A stretch of 20,000 bases of DNA, taken from the NCBI GenBank assembly GCA_000934665.2, contig KZ538095.1, positions 108,579 through 128,578 of the forward strand, written 5' to 3'. Under the pieces are notes generated by a model, which was not told where the DNA came from, made no database searches, and saw only the letters and a list, made by a program, of their open reading frames with translations. This stretch comes from Catajapyx aquilonaris. Its lineage: Eukaryota. The position numbers and the translations under genes were made by a program. Below, in pieces: positions 1 to 11,556 of this stretch (positions within the stretch are counted from its first letter, which is position 1; each line of letters starts with the position of its first letter).

Positions 1-1738
1 AGAAAAGCCGCAGCTGCAAGAGTTGGGTCCAGGCCCTCGTCGATACAACTCGGACAGACAACATGGATTATTTAGAAGGTTCTCGGGGATGGCCGACGGG
101 GAGATGTGGCCAGAGTATAGGAGGAAGGAGGGAAAAAAGGAAAAAAAAGGAAAAAAAAACTCGAAGTCTTCCTTGCGACAACCAACCCAGCAGCATCCTC
201 CTCCCCTTTTTTCCCTTTCTTGTCTTTTTTCGGAGACCTTGCTTCCTTCTTAATGCGGTCTTAAGAAGAAAGTTTGGGGATTATAACCGCGCCCTGGCGC
301 TTCAGGACTGCCCAAACTTTTTTTTTTCTCTCCTGTTCCGGGAAGGAAAAGCACTGACGACTTTATTACGGTCACTCAAGTTGGGGCTGGAAGGAGAGCT
401 TGTATTTGTTGCCAAAGCCGGGAAGCGTAGAAAAATAGAGCATTAGTTTGGATCGTATTTCAATTATTCCGGCAGAGGAAAAGAAGACGGATAAAAAAAA
501 ACAGGGGAGGACAGGAAGAGGAGGGATATAGAGACAGGGTGGGCCAATGCGCCAAATGGAAAAGTTCGGGTCCAAAGAGTAGGGATGTCCGCCAGAAGGC
601 TCCTTGGGACTAATATTCCTATACGTGTAGTCAATAAAGGCAAGGCGGCAGGCTTTCCTGGCAGTTTATTAGGTTGAGGACAAACTTCGCGTGAAGTTTG
701 GAGGAAGACAGAAGGACCTGGCTCATGTCACTGCGTCTGCTTTCGGACATAACTGGGCGCGAGCGGCCCAAAAACTTTTTCTTCGACGAGGGTTAGAACG
801 TTGTCCAGATTCTTAGAGGACTCGTGCAGTGTCTTTGGGTCTCTCTTGATACTCAGTCTATTTTTATTTGAGCAGTGAATGATCATACTTGATGGAATCA
901 CTGCTCCGTACTTGCTGTATCGGACGAAAATAGGTGTATCATTCGATAAAATTGTATTGTGAAATAGTATCTGGCTCTCCTGACGCGGTGTGAACCACAG
1001 ATGCTGCAATGGTTGAAACTCGTATCTGGTAATAGCATCGCCTCACTTTCGAGCTTCTCTCATTCCCATCGCCACCCCCCTGCAAACACCCATGCCGACA
1101 CACACTGACCATTGCTGAACAAACCCCCCAAAAAATGCGACACAAAACCCTCCCGGATTAGCTGGACGACCACCCCCTTTTTCCAAGAATGAAAAGTAGT
1201 TGAATGGCCGTTGATTTGACCCGTGACAATTCCGGACATTTTTCTCCTCCCCCCCACCCCTCTCTCCGGAGTCCTTGTGTCCTCCCCAGCACCATCCGGG
1301 ACGCTGCATTAACGAACCCTGGGTTGTATCTGAAAACCATGTAAACAGGTCGGTGTGGACATTATCACGGCGCTGACGAGATTCGCCTGGCACACGACAA
1401 GGCCATTGGGCTGGGCCCGAAGCAAATGGAAATGAGCTAGGCTAGCTGCAGCTCCATCTATACAAACCTGCCCCCTCCCCCTCCCCTCCATGTATATTCC
1501 CTCCCCATACCCCCCCCCCCACCAGTTCCCCGCATAATTGGTCTGTTATCGGACAATAAGCCATTTTCTCCCTGGATGACATCATTAGTGAGCCCATAAC
1601 CAGACACCCCTTTTCCACCCCGCACCCTATAATTTCCAACCATTCCTATTAATATGAGCCCTAATGGGACGGCATAGAATTCCAATGCAGTGTCCCATTC
1701 CTCCCCCCGCTTCTTTTATGGAATATGAAGCGTCAGCG

Positions 1739-1806
1739 CCATTTTGGACCGGGGGGGGGGGGGGTTGCCTGANCCATTTTGGACCGGGGGGGGGGGGGCG
1801 GTTGCC
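1739..1806. other. Assembly junction: ~31-33 bp duplicated overlap either side of a single N (1773) at a poly-G run
   Basis: CCATTTTGGACC-G14-TTGCC-TGA (1739-1772), then N, then CCATTTTGGACC-G13-CGG-TTGCC-AGA (1774-1809). The copies differ only in and after the G run, which is typical of unmerged contig ends. Confidence 0.85.
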
Positions 1807-4800
1807 AGATATCCAGATATATGAGAGAGAGGCTTGCCAAAGACAGTGTAGATGGTGTGGGGTGACTAGATCAAACATGACACCGCACGTGTGAGCGGAA
1901 GAAGAACTTAAGAAAGGGAGTTGCAAGTTATAAATATAAAATGTTAAGTAGTAGGCCTACGTGGCAAAAGAAATGTAACTATATATTTGTCAGTCAGTAG
2001 TGATTATTATACTAAATAATAATTTAGTAATATTATTTATAAATATATTGTTATCGACTGACGACATGCATTGGGCGTAGCACTTTCGGTGACAATGCCC
2101 AACAGCAACTAAAGTCACTTTCAGGCATCGACGTCAATCAGTTGATCGCTGGCAATTCCCATAAGCGAAACGGTTGCTCGAAGCTCAGCGACATGCCCGC
2201 ACATGACCGCTATACTTGTAGCATCGCAAGGAGAAGGGGAGGATATCCGTGTAGTGTGGCCGAGACAAAGGATATCTCCGCATCCTACCCTGGTCCTTCT
2301 CCCCCCCCCTCTCTTTTCCCTCCCTCCACCCCACCCACAGCCCCATTGCTGCAAGGGCAGTAGTCCATTCTGATTCTCAACAGCACATTTGCGGTTCTTT
2401 CCATTAGCAGCGTGTATAGGTCCGTCCTACAACACCTCAAAGCCTCTCCCTTTCCGCCCTGTGTGTAAGCTGGTGCCCCCCACCCACCCACACACCCACA
2501 CCTCTCCACCCCCTTTTGCCCATATGACACTTTCTCAGCACCTCCTGGGACCAGCACGGGGAAAACCTTCATGATTATTCCATACCCTTGTATCTCATTG
2601 TCAACGCAGTGTCGAAAGCTTTGTTTTCTGGCCCCGCTCTAAGTAGAGATGAACATGAAAATGCTTTTACCTTGCAAGAGAGAGCACCCCCCCCCCCACC
2701 CACCCTCCATACTGCCACCTCCCAGCCCTCTACACCCCCCTTCAGACTAACTCACCTCACCTCACCCCCTACCCCTCCCCAATTTCATTCCGGCTCATAT
2801 TACTACAGAGACTGTGGCAAAGTCTTGTAGAGCTTTTCATGAGCAGCCTGGCGGAGTATTTGATGACACTTTTGTCCTCGTGTCAAAGACTCATAGGGCA
2901 AGGGAGGTGGGTTGGAGGTGGGAAGCTAGGCTTTAAAAGGAGACTCTTTATGAACACGATATTGTCATATGGTCCGCTGCTTCTAAATGTCATGTAAGTT
3001 ACTTTTCTATTGTTGAGAATTTTTTATTCATTGAAGCTGCCTGTGTTTTCAATAGGCTGTTTGTATTGGCGATTTGAAATGTGAGACTGATTAGAGGATA
3101 GAAAAAGGTGGATTCATTAAGCTGCTTGTGGAGAGAATTATTTCAGTGTGGGACTGATATTGGATGGTGGCTGGAGTAGGTTTTATTCCTGTGCGATATA
3201 GACAACCTTTAATTTTTATTTTGTTTGGCTAGGTGCTTGACTGATCAGACGGTACGTTCAAAAGCTTGTACTCGATGTGACAGGTTACAATGCAATATTC
3301 GATATACGCTACACCCGCATTGAAAGATCATGCAACAACATCGGAGATCTGGTCGTTACGATTATACGGGCACTACGGGAACTATTTTTGTAAACGCTGT
3401 AGTGTAGACTACTAATCGGACAACTGTGTCGTAAAAATAGATCACTTGTACGGCATATTGGTGCTGTAAGTCTATGTGTGGAAAAGAGTTAAGGATGTTA
3501 TGATTAACGAATTTTTTTGAGGTACATTCGCAGAAACTTTATTTTGTTTACTTTGTTAACACATGCTGCAGGACTGTGCATTACGAAAAAGGTAGGCCGC
3601 CGTCATCTATAGACTAAACTTACGGTAGGCCTAATGTTTTGTTATACTTCGGCCTATAAGCCACCACATGTTTTTCAGAACCCAACGGTTATCAATTTCC
3701 TATACTGTAGAAACGCCAGCTATATTTAAGTTGCAATTATTTTGAGAGAGACTGGCATATAATAAATACTTCCGTCATATTATGTCTTTTTGACTCAAAT
3801 AAGCACTATTTTTATTCTCGATTATTTTCTTGTATTTACTTCTTTCAAATTTCCTATACCATTCTAATTATATATAGGCCTATGCCTTTTCTCGCTTTAT
3901 CATCCTTACTGCATGTTATAGGCACTGAAATACTTCGTAGTAAGTTATGTCGACAAGAGAAACAGTAATAAGCAGCGGGTTAATAACCTTGTCCTTTCTG
4001 TTTATCGGCCTGCGTATGTATTGCAGCTCAGCCTTATATTCCCTTACAATTTGCATATTAATTCCCAGCAATGTTCTTTTTCCGTGAGGTTGCCCTGACT
4101 ATGAGTGCATGGCAAAAAAACACGCGAGCAACGTGGCGTGTCCGACCAGAAAATAAAGCTGAGGCTTGGCTCTTGGTTTGAAGCCTTCTTTGCATGGCTT
4201 AGGTTAGGGAGACACCCCCTCATTTCCCAGTCTTTTTTCTCCCCCCTCCGTCTTCCCTGCCTCATTACCTGCACCCGCCTTTAAAAAAGGACCACCCTTC
4301 CACCAAGCATGTTCTACAAATTGTGAAGAATTTAAACTTGATTTTTTTTTGAATGGAATGCTTACTATATTTTGATAGTCCCACTTCTATTTTCTGATCT
4401 GAGCAAGATCTCAGAATATTCCAGCAGCCAGAGGACTTGGTCCCCTCCACCCCCGTAAGAATTCCAGAATGAAAAGAGGGCGCTGTCCTGCCGTGTCGGA
4501 CAAGAATAGCTATTGAAACTGAAGGCGAGCAGAATATTTGATGGTCCTGTTGACTGTCGAAAAAGCTAAAGCTGCTGTCCTCCTTTCCGGGTGAGGCTCA
4601 TACTTTATTGACCGTTTGACATCGTCATGGCAGTCAGGCGTTGCAGTCTTTAAAAAAATATTTTTTTGTCTGAGCCGAAAAAAAGAGAAACATAGTAGGA
4701 TGTATAGGCCAGACCCCTCGGCCATTGGCCCTCGCAAAACGAGGGCATAAAGCCTTTGGCGGAGAGAGGCAGCCATTTCGGAGCAGCAGAAAGGGGGCCT

Positions 4801-6211
4801 GCCTCCCCCCTCCTCCTTGGACCAATAGCGTTCCCCTTTATTAGATCCATAAATTCATCATAGCCCCCCATCTAAGAATGGCCGCCATTGGATCAGGCCC
4901 AGTGCCCTCCTCCTTCCCTCTGTCTCCCCACCAGGGGACTCCCACGTCGAATATGAAGGCGGGCGAGCAAGGCAGCAGGGCGCAATGCGGATGTTCAGCC
5001 CCAGCTCCCAGCCATATTAATATTGGATTTTGCATGCTCCGCTATGAATTTCCCAAGGCGACGAAACGACCGGGCTGCCACTTTTCATAAGAGTATTGAC
5101 TCGCCCTGCATAAGAAGGAATAAGGGGAAGGGAGCTAGAACTTGCTTCGCTGGTGGAGGTTAGAGACGAAATAATGCATATACTTCATACATATATACAA
5201 AAATGTACGAAATATTGCATTTTGAGCGATATGCAGCAGAACTCGCTACGCTCGGCGGTGGGGCGAAGAAGGTTGAAGAAGGTTCCTGCACCTACCGCTA
5301 GAATTTACACCTGACTGAGCCAGCCTTTCGCAACAAATTAATCCATTGTTGCTTCCCATTACAGGAGCTATAGTACCTGCATGTCCTGCAGTCCACACCT
5401 TGTGTATTGTGTAATAGCATGGAGCAAAGGGGCTCACTCTCGGGATTGACCAGCAGGCCAGGCGAGTGATGGCAGTGGGGATGCGACGATCAGGCCCCCT
5501 GATTACAATGAAAAGAGGGAAGGAAATGAGAGTGAACCTCCTCGAAAACGAGCTAAGTCCCAGAGAGTTAGCGCGAGTCAAGGGCGGGGAGGAAGTCGGT
5601 TTTCCTGGAGAGCCACTTTTTGGGAGAGTTGGCAATAGTGAGGGGTGGGGAGGAGGCAGAGTGGATTTGGCAAACGGGAGATAGAAGAAGGAAAAAAGGA
5701 GATGGGGAAGGGGGGGAGGGAAGACGGCGTCCAAGAGACTTTTCTGGGGATGAAAAGCCCAGGCAGCGGTCACTCGGAGTGGACAGGAGAATTGTATTTA
5801 CTCGAGGCTCCTCTTCCACGTCGGGCCGTCTTCATAAAAGGCTTTCAATGTACCATCAAGACATGAATTCGTATTTTTTCCCCGTCCAGATCCGATTTTG
5901 AAAGCTTTCCATCCCACCCAATCCTCCTCCCTCCCTAGCGTCCCCTTATATACACCCTCACAATCCCTCCCCCTACCCACCCACCCACCCTGGTCCCCCT
6001 CCTTCCCCCTACCCCTCCGGCATGTACACAAGTCCCAATCGACTGGCGAAGGCTCCTCGGGGCTCAACTTGGGAACGAAAGAAATCAATATCCTTTTCCT
6101 ATCTGCCTTTTACAATAAATAAGTAGCCTGGGGATTGGGAGGGTGGGCACAGTTGAGGGAGGATGTGAAAACACTGGACATTCGAATCTCGAACAACTCC
6201 ACCCTCCCCTC

Positions 6212-6234
6212 CCGCCACCACCGCCACCACCACC
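6212..6234. repeat. (CCR)7 degenerate trinucleotide repeat within a pyrimidine-rich tract
   Basis: CCG CCA CCA CCG CCA CCA CCA CC. It explains the poly-Pro and poly-Gly in the overlapping ORFs. Confidence 0.8.
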
Positions 6235-7702
6235 TTCCTCCTCCTCTCTCCTGTCTTCCCAATGCACTTTAATCTTGTCTCCTTTCAAAAACACGCTTCG
6301 GTTTCCGAGGAAGGGAAGGCCGACTTTTGTCTCACTCCCTTTTTTTTCTCTTTCCAATTTTTTTGCTACTGCCTGAGCTGAATTCAACACACAACACATC
6401 GGGTAGCCTACGGACATTTCAGTACATGCCCTGAAGGTGGAACAATATGACCAATATTCGTTATGAAGTTAATTGATAATTATGCCCTTGTCCCTCAACA
6501 ATAGCTCGAGTATCGTGTCATTGCAATGTTGAAATATTAATGTGGCTTGCGAATGCATCTGCATTCGATATTGGTTAATGCCTATTCATACGATTATTTT
6601 ACATGAGTTCCAGAGAGCATGATGTTATATTCGGATCAAACGTCCTCATCATATTTGTTATTGTTAGAACCGCATGTGAACCTATTTTGATGGGTTATAT
6701 AATTTCAAAAACGTGAGAATACGTGCTATACTCTCATACACAAATTGGGGTCAGGTAGTTTTGATAAAAGCTAATTCAAGTGTAGTATACTGCATATCAA
6801 TGTATACCAACGGGAATTATTGTATAAAATATAATCTACAAGGACGCCACCTTGTAATTGATATAGTTAGGATAGCAATAAAAATAAATCTTTATTGAAA
6901 ACAATTCGATAATGATTACCATAACCTGCACTATTTCCATGCTGCATTATAATATTGTTTGTTATTTTAGTACTTATTCAGTAGTATTTCTGCGAGGCCT
7001 GCTATACTTGGCAGATCCTTGCTTTACACTCATTCAAGATTCAGATATAATCAGTCACTACCACACATCCACACTTACATTTTAATACAATCGCAAATAA
7101 AGCATTTAAACCAGTACAATATATGCCCACACAAAAACATGCAAAAACCCAGATAACATTACAGTCTAAATTGGACATGTAAGGCTGTGGGTTTTCCTTT
7201 ACACTCTGCACCACCATGTATGGTAGTGCCTAACTACTAAACTATTCTCCAACTTAATTAGCCATCCAAAATTTAGCTGCCTCCCCATCATTTCTGAAAT
7301 AATTTTGACTTACGACAAGAAAATACATCGTGGTCTCGTGATGTCTACGCCAAAGCTTTGTCCACGCAGAACAAAATAACTCCCCCGTTATAGTCATTCT
7401 TCCCATTTTGTTTGCTCATTATTCCACTTCTATAGAAATGACGAGTCACTCGAAGCGGAAATGCAAGCTCCTTCAGGATTAGCCCACAGTATGGCTTTTA
7501 TTAGAAAATTTACAGCACGACTGTAGACGTTCCTAACTCTATACAAGCTGCCTTGCCTATACAATACCGCACTGTTCGTGAAAAGCAAGGTAAACCATTG
7601 TACTGTACTCCTATTCGCTGATATGAAGTGAGAGGGAATGGTGAATATTGCAAATGCGGGGTGTATATAGAGAGGGGGAAAGAGGGAGGGGGGGGGGCTC
7701 CA

Positions 7703-7722
7703 CTGGCTGGCTGGCTGGCTGG
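7703..7722. repeat. (CTGG)5 tetranucleotide microsatellite
   Basis: Perfect CTGG x5. Shorter CTGG/CCAG runs also occur near 15535, 17088 and 17722. Confidence 0.9.
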
Positions 7723-8086
7723 CGCGATAGAGTTCCCAAGCATAATTATTCAAGTCTGCTCCGATTGTGTTGCAGACAACCAGATCAGCGTAACAGGAGA
7801 TTCTAAAGACTTGCCACTCAGGATTAGGGTGGGGGAGGACGCGGGATTAAATCAATAAAGTTTTGGTTCAAACTTATGCAGAAATAACAAGCCGAGCGAA
7901 TTGTTCCGCCATCTCCATTCCGAGCACACAAACTCTGTCTCCCTTCTAATTGTTTCAACACAGCTCAATATACGCAACGCACCATTGTTGACCCCTACAG
8001 CCTTGAATAATAATTTCAATTTCAAAATGTCATCGACTTACTGTATATACACACAGTGTGCATAATTGGATGTTGTATGTCATTCT

Positions 8087-8311
8087 TTAATCCTCATTAA
8101 ATGCGTGCATGATTTTTCATCGAAATGTCATTGAGATAGTTTCTTTTTGAGCATTTTTTTTCTTCAAAAATATAAACAATTACCACGATGGTTCATTTTT
8201 TTAGAGAAACATCGTGGTATTTTTTTAATATGTAAAAAAATTGCTCAAAAAGAATCTTAATGGCATTTCTATGAAAAATCATGCGTGCATTTTCAAATGT
8301 GGACCATTTAA
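8087..8311. mobile_element. Fold-back / MITE-like non-autonomous element (long imperfect inverted repeat, TTAA at both outer ends)
   Basis: The left arm 8099-8194 (AAATGCGTGCATGATTTTTCATCGAAATGTCATTGAGAT..TTCTTTTTGAGCATTTTTTT..TACCACGATGGTTC) is the near reverse complement of the right arm 8206-8292 (GAAACATCGTGGTA..AAAAAAATTGCTCAAAAAGAATCTTAATGGCATTTCTATGAAAAATCATGCGTGCATTT). It extends outward as TCCTCATT (8091-8098) / AATGTGGA (8296-8303), with TTAA at 8087-8090 and 8308-8311. There is no coding capacity. The inverted repeat is seen directly; the MITE identity is inferred. Confidence 0.65.
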
Positions 8312-8554
8312 CCCTATAGTTTTCATGGGAAGTACTATTATAATCAACCACCATTTCTGCCCAAAATTCTTATACAGTATAATGTATCAACACAAATTAA
8401 ATAGACAATATTTGAATATTCATTAATAAAATTTTTTGCTTTGATACAACACTAGGTATGCCATACACACACACTCTCTCTCCAAAAAAAAAAATCCCAA
8501 AATATGCAAAAGTGACCGCGCACAAACCAACCGATCATAAATACCGGATATGTG

Positions 8555-8864
8555 AGCCAATGAGTGCACCACCTCTTATGAAAACCCGCCCAGTCCTCCG
8601 GCAACTCATATCATAACCGTCTGTTATTGGCTGCAGCCGGATCGATCAGGTGACGCCCCGTGTATGAATATTCTGACGTCACCCCTCGCAAACGCTATCC
8701 CCCTACCCCCTCCTGGCACACAAGAGGGGGCGCCCTTATCATATTCGATAACGCCATTGGCTGGCGGTGGTTTCATAAGGGCGTCCACTGCGTCTTGACC
8801 GGCGCTGTTTTTGGAAGTGGGCGGGTGGGAGGGGAGCTGCGGAGGGTGGAGGGGGTGGAGGGGG
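8555..8864. promoter_or_regulatory. Candidate TATA-less promoter/enhancer module (CCAAT x3, GC boxes, CRE, G4 motif)
   Basis: AGCCAAT 8555-8561, CCCGCCC 8585-8591, ATTGGCT 8626-8632, TGACG 8651-8655, TGACGTCA 8674-8681, inverted GATA pair TTATC/GATAA 8736-8751, ATTGGCT 8756-8762, GGGCGGG 8819-8825. There is an abrupt change from AT-rich to CpG-rich sequence at about 8510. Function is inferred from motif density only. Confidence 0.5.
8819..8834 (+). other. Canonical short-loop G-quadruplex motif
   Basis: GGG-C-GGG-T-GGG-A-GGGG with 1-nt loops, followed by more G tracts to 8864. A C-rich tract at 8990-9027 gives G4 potential on the opposite strand. Confidence 0.7.
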
Positions 8865-9811
8865 ACCCAACACTGGTTTCTGCAACCTCCAAAATGATAT
8901 CCTTACCTTATTTTGAAGCCGGCCCAAGGAGCTTAGACCCGAACTGGCCTGGTCCGCCCGCCATGGAGCCTAGTCCCAGCCTAGCTTCCACCCCCCCCTC
9001 TCCCCTCCCTCCCCTCCCCTCCTCCCCGTGGCAGCCGCCGACATTAACATGCACGCCCGTAATCAATAGGGGGGGAGCCCCCCTCTAGTCTCTTTCGCGC
9101 CGCGCCCTAGACTTGGAAGGGTGCGGAGCCTTGTCCCAGACCACCGCTAGGGGAAAGGAAAAGAAAAGAAAAAAAAAGCGCAAGGAAAAGAAGACACTTG
9201 CGTGCATAATAGTCCGCCTGATTTGTCTTTAAGTGCCACCACTTTTTTGCAAAAAAAAAAAACAGAAAAAAGAAAGGAAACCATTCAAAAATATTGAGAA
9301 AATAATTCAACAGGCACATATTTGTTGAATTTTACGTTTTCTTATCGAAAAAAGTATAGAACGGATCTGTCCGTCTGTCTGTGGACAGGTATCAGGGCTT
9401 AAACCGCAAGAGATAGCAGCAAGCGGTTTTCGGATTTGGATTCAGCGTGACCAAATGGTCAACTTCTGGTACACTTCCGGTATTTCGGGTTCACTATACA
9501 TGCAGCCTTGGCAACGGGAAATGTCCTTAGAATCGCATCGTATAGGGTTTGTCAGCCTCATTTCCCGCTCCTCAATGAGAAAAAGTATACTCGAATCACA
9601 CTCGGGTGATTGGCCAATCTTATTGTTTTTTTTCCCCCTAAAAATAATTTTTAAAAACAATTCATGGGGTATGTAGTGACCTAGTTGGAAAGAATGGTTG
9701 GAACAGCAGCGATGCGGGGCCAACTTTTCCCATTGGGAGGATGGGAGGCGACATTGGAGCCTTGATTTGTCTGTCTCTTGGAGGGGGGCGTCGAGGGGGG
9801 GGGGGGAGGTT

Positions 9812-9830
9812 GAAGAAGAAGAAGAAGAAG
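9812..9830. repeat. (GAA)6 microsatellite following a G12 run
   Basis: GAAGAAGAAGAAGAAGAAG read directly. Confidence 0.9.
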
Positions 9831-9851
9831 CAAAGTATCGCGCGTATCCGG

Positions 9852-10034
9852 GAAGAATTATAAATCTTCGTCGCTTGGATTTCTGCAAAGTTTATACCCG
9901 CGTTATAAACTTGCATTGGCTGAGCATGACAGCCAATAAATTCTTGGAGTCAGAGTCTAAGTCGCTCGCTTAAAGAGTCGGAAGGGGGCTCATAAATCAC
10001 AAAAAAGTTTTGCGCCCCCACAGGACAAAACTTT
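9852..10034. promoter_or_regulatory. Cluster of four inverted repeats overlapping homeodomain-type and CCAAT motifs
   Basis: GAAGAATTA/TAAATCTTC 9852-9869 (8 of 9), AAGTTTATA-7-TATAAACTT 9888-9912, ATTGGCTG-7-CAGCCAAT 9915-9937, AAAGTTTTG-13-CAAAACTTT 10004-10034. Also TGACAG 9927-9932, CCAATAAA 9933-9940 and ATAAATCA 9992-9999. Confidence 0.45.
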
Positions 10035-11431
10035 GCCTACACCCCATCCAATCCACACTCACTCCCAACATCATTCTGCTTTTGGACTATAAATTTTCTC
10101 AGGCTCGCCCACGACTCTGAATAAGGAAAGCCTTAAATTTGTCAACACTGGCCAGTGGCGCTACAACTACATGGGGAGTCAGAAATCCAGTCTTTAGATT
10201 GGCCCAAAATAAGGCGGGTTGCCGCGTGTGTCTAAGGGACACCCAAAAGTTTATTGCCGTCTAGATAGCTATCGGTTGGAGTCTCGACATTTCATACCTC
10301 TACATTTTAGACTTGTCTGGGGACAATCTATCCACTGGCCACACTTTACCTTATAGAAATAATAATAATGTACTGTACCTTGTCCGTGCACCGTGATGTG
10401 TCCTGACTGGCCACACACTGGCTAGACAGTTGTAAATTTGGATGACCGCTGATTGTGAAGGAACTAGGACTGTAGAGTGACCATCTGGGTGGGTGGGCAA
10501 CAAAAGCTGAGGGACAGCTGGACAGGCGACAAAGGGCGCTTACTCACCCTGCCTGCGATAATAATTCAACTCGGGGAAATGGTAAGGGCATGTAATTTCA
10601 TAATGGATGTGTGCGGGTTGGGGGTCGCTTACCCGGTCCCTGCTGGAGGGTGACCAGTGGTCAGTTCCGATCAAGCCCTTATGATTCCGGGGTTGGAATT
10701 AGGGCTGATGCCTGATGGGTAGAAAATTTTTTGGTACATACTGTATAGCGTATATACCAACAGGCTGAATTAACAATAGTGTAATCTCATTTTTACTAGC
10801 ACATTGTCCAGATATTCGTCCATTCCCTGATCCCTGATCCCAAAAATGTCGTGCTGGCAACAATCACCATCCAGATCGGAGAGTCTCTCTTAGTTCCTGG
10901 TGTGGGGATGCAGCTCGAGGCAGCTAATGACCCCGACGGGCCATTTCGACATAATTGGACCTGCGACTCAGCAGGGCTCCGGTCGCTCATATCTTCCCCC
11001 ATTCCCTCCGACTGACCACTCATTCAACCCCCCCCCCCCCTTTACCCTGGGTGTCTCCCTCTCTCTCGAAACTACCCTTCCATCAACACATAGGTTCAGA
11101 TGACGTCACCCCCCCCCCCCCAAATGACCAGATTTCTAAGAGTGAAGTTAGTATGGAATTGTGTGAGATGAGAAAAGAGTGGTCAATGGGTGCCAGAACT
11201 TTCAGAGAAAGTTAGAGGTTGGCCCCCTAATATCTGCAGGATTTGGACTGGTGAACAGAGCGTGCCTAGCCACAATAAAGAGTAGGACAAGAGAAATGTG
11301 GAAGAGCTGCTGGCCAACTTTGAAATTGCTCATGTTTTTCAAGCCAGCTCAAATTCAATGCCCAAGTATTGGGTATCTGATGTGTTCAATTCTGTTCTAC
11401 TGTATAGAGAAATAGAGAAGAAGCGAGTATA

Positions 11432-11533
11432 TACTAAGCTTATATTGGGTCTGTGCTCTTCTTTCTTTTTTTTTTCGCTTTCTCTTACTTTTTTTTCGAC
11501 TTTTTTTTTTCTTTCGTTTCCTCTTTCCTGCAG
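11432..11533 (+). other. Long polypyrimidine tract ending in CAG (possible 3' splice site)
   Basis: Branch-point-like TACTAAG at 11432-11438, ~74 nt of nearly pure C/T at 11456-11529, then GCAG ending at 11533. It could equally be simple low-complexity sequence. Confidence 0.35.
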
Positions 11534-11556
11534 AGTGAGCCCGTGACGTGGGATCG

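Noticed and set aside
728..1009. 93-aa minus-strand ORF with fairly natural amino-acid composition
   Set aside because: It has a non-ATG start, no recognisable homology, and I found no supported splice structure.
1739..1806. Apparent 31-33-bp direct repeat
   Set aside because: It straddles a single N and diverges only in and after the poly-G. An unmerged contig overlap is far more likely than a biological repeat.
5246..5773. 175-aa minus-strand ORF
   Set aside because: It is the translation of the complement of a purine-rich tract (Pro/Leu/Ser/Phe-rich), uses a non-ATG start and has no domain.
5881..5900. CCCGTCCAGATCCGATTTTG resembles miR-10/miR-100 family mature sequence
   Set aside because: It needs a 2-nt insertion in the seed region, and no complementary arm lies nearby to form a precursor hairpin.
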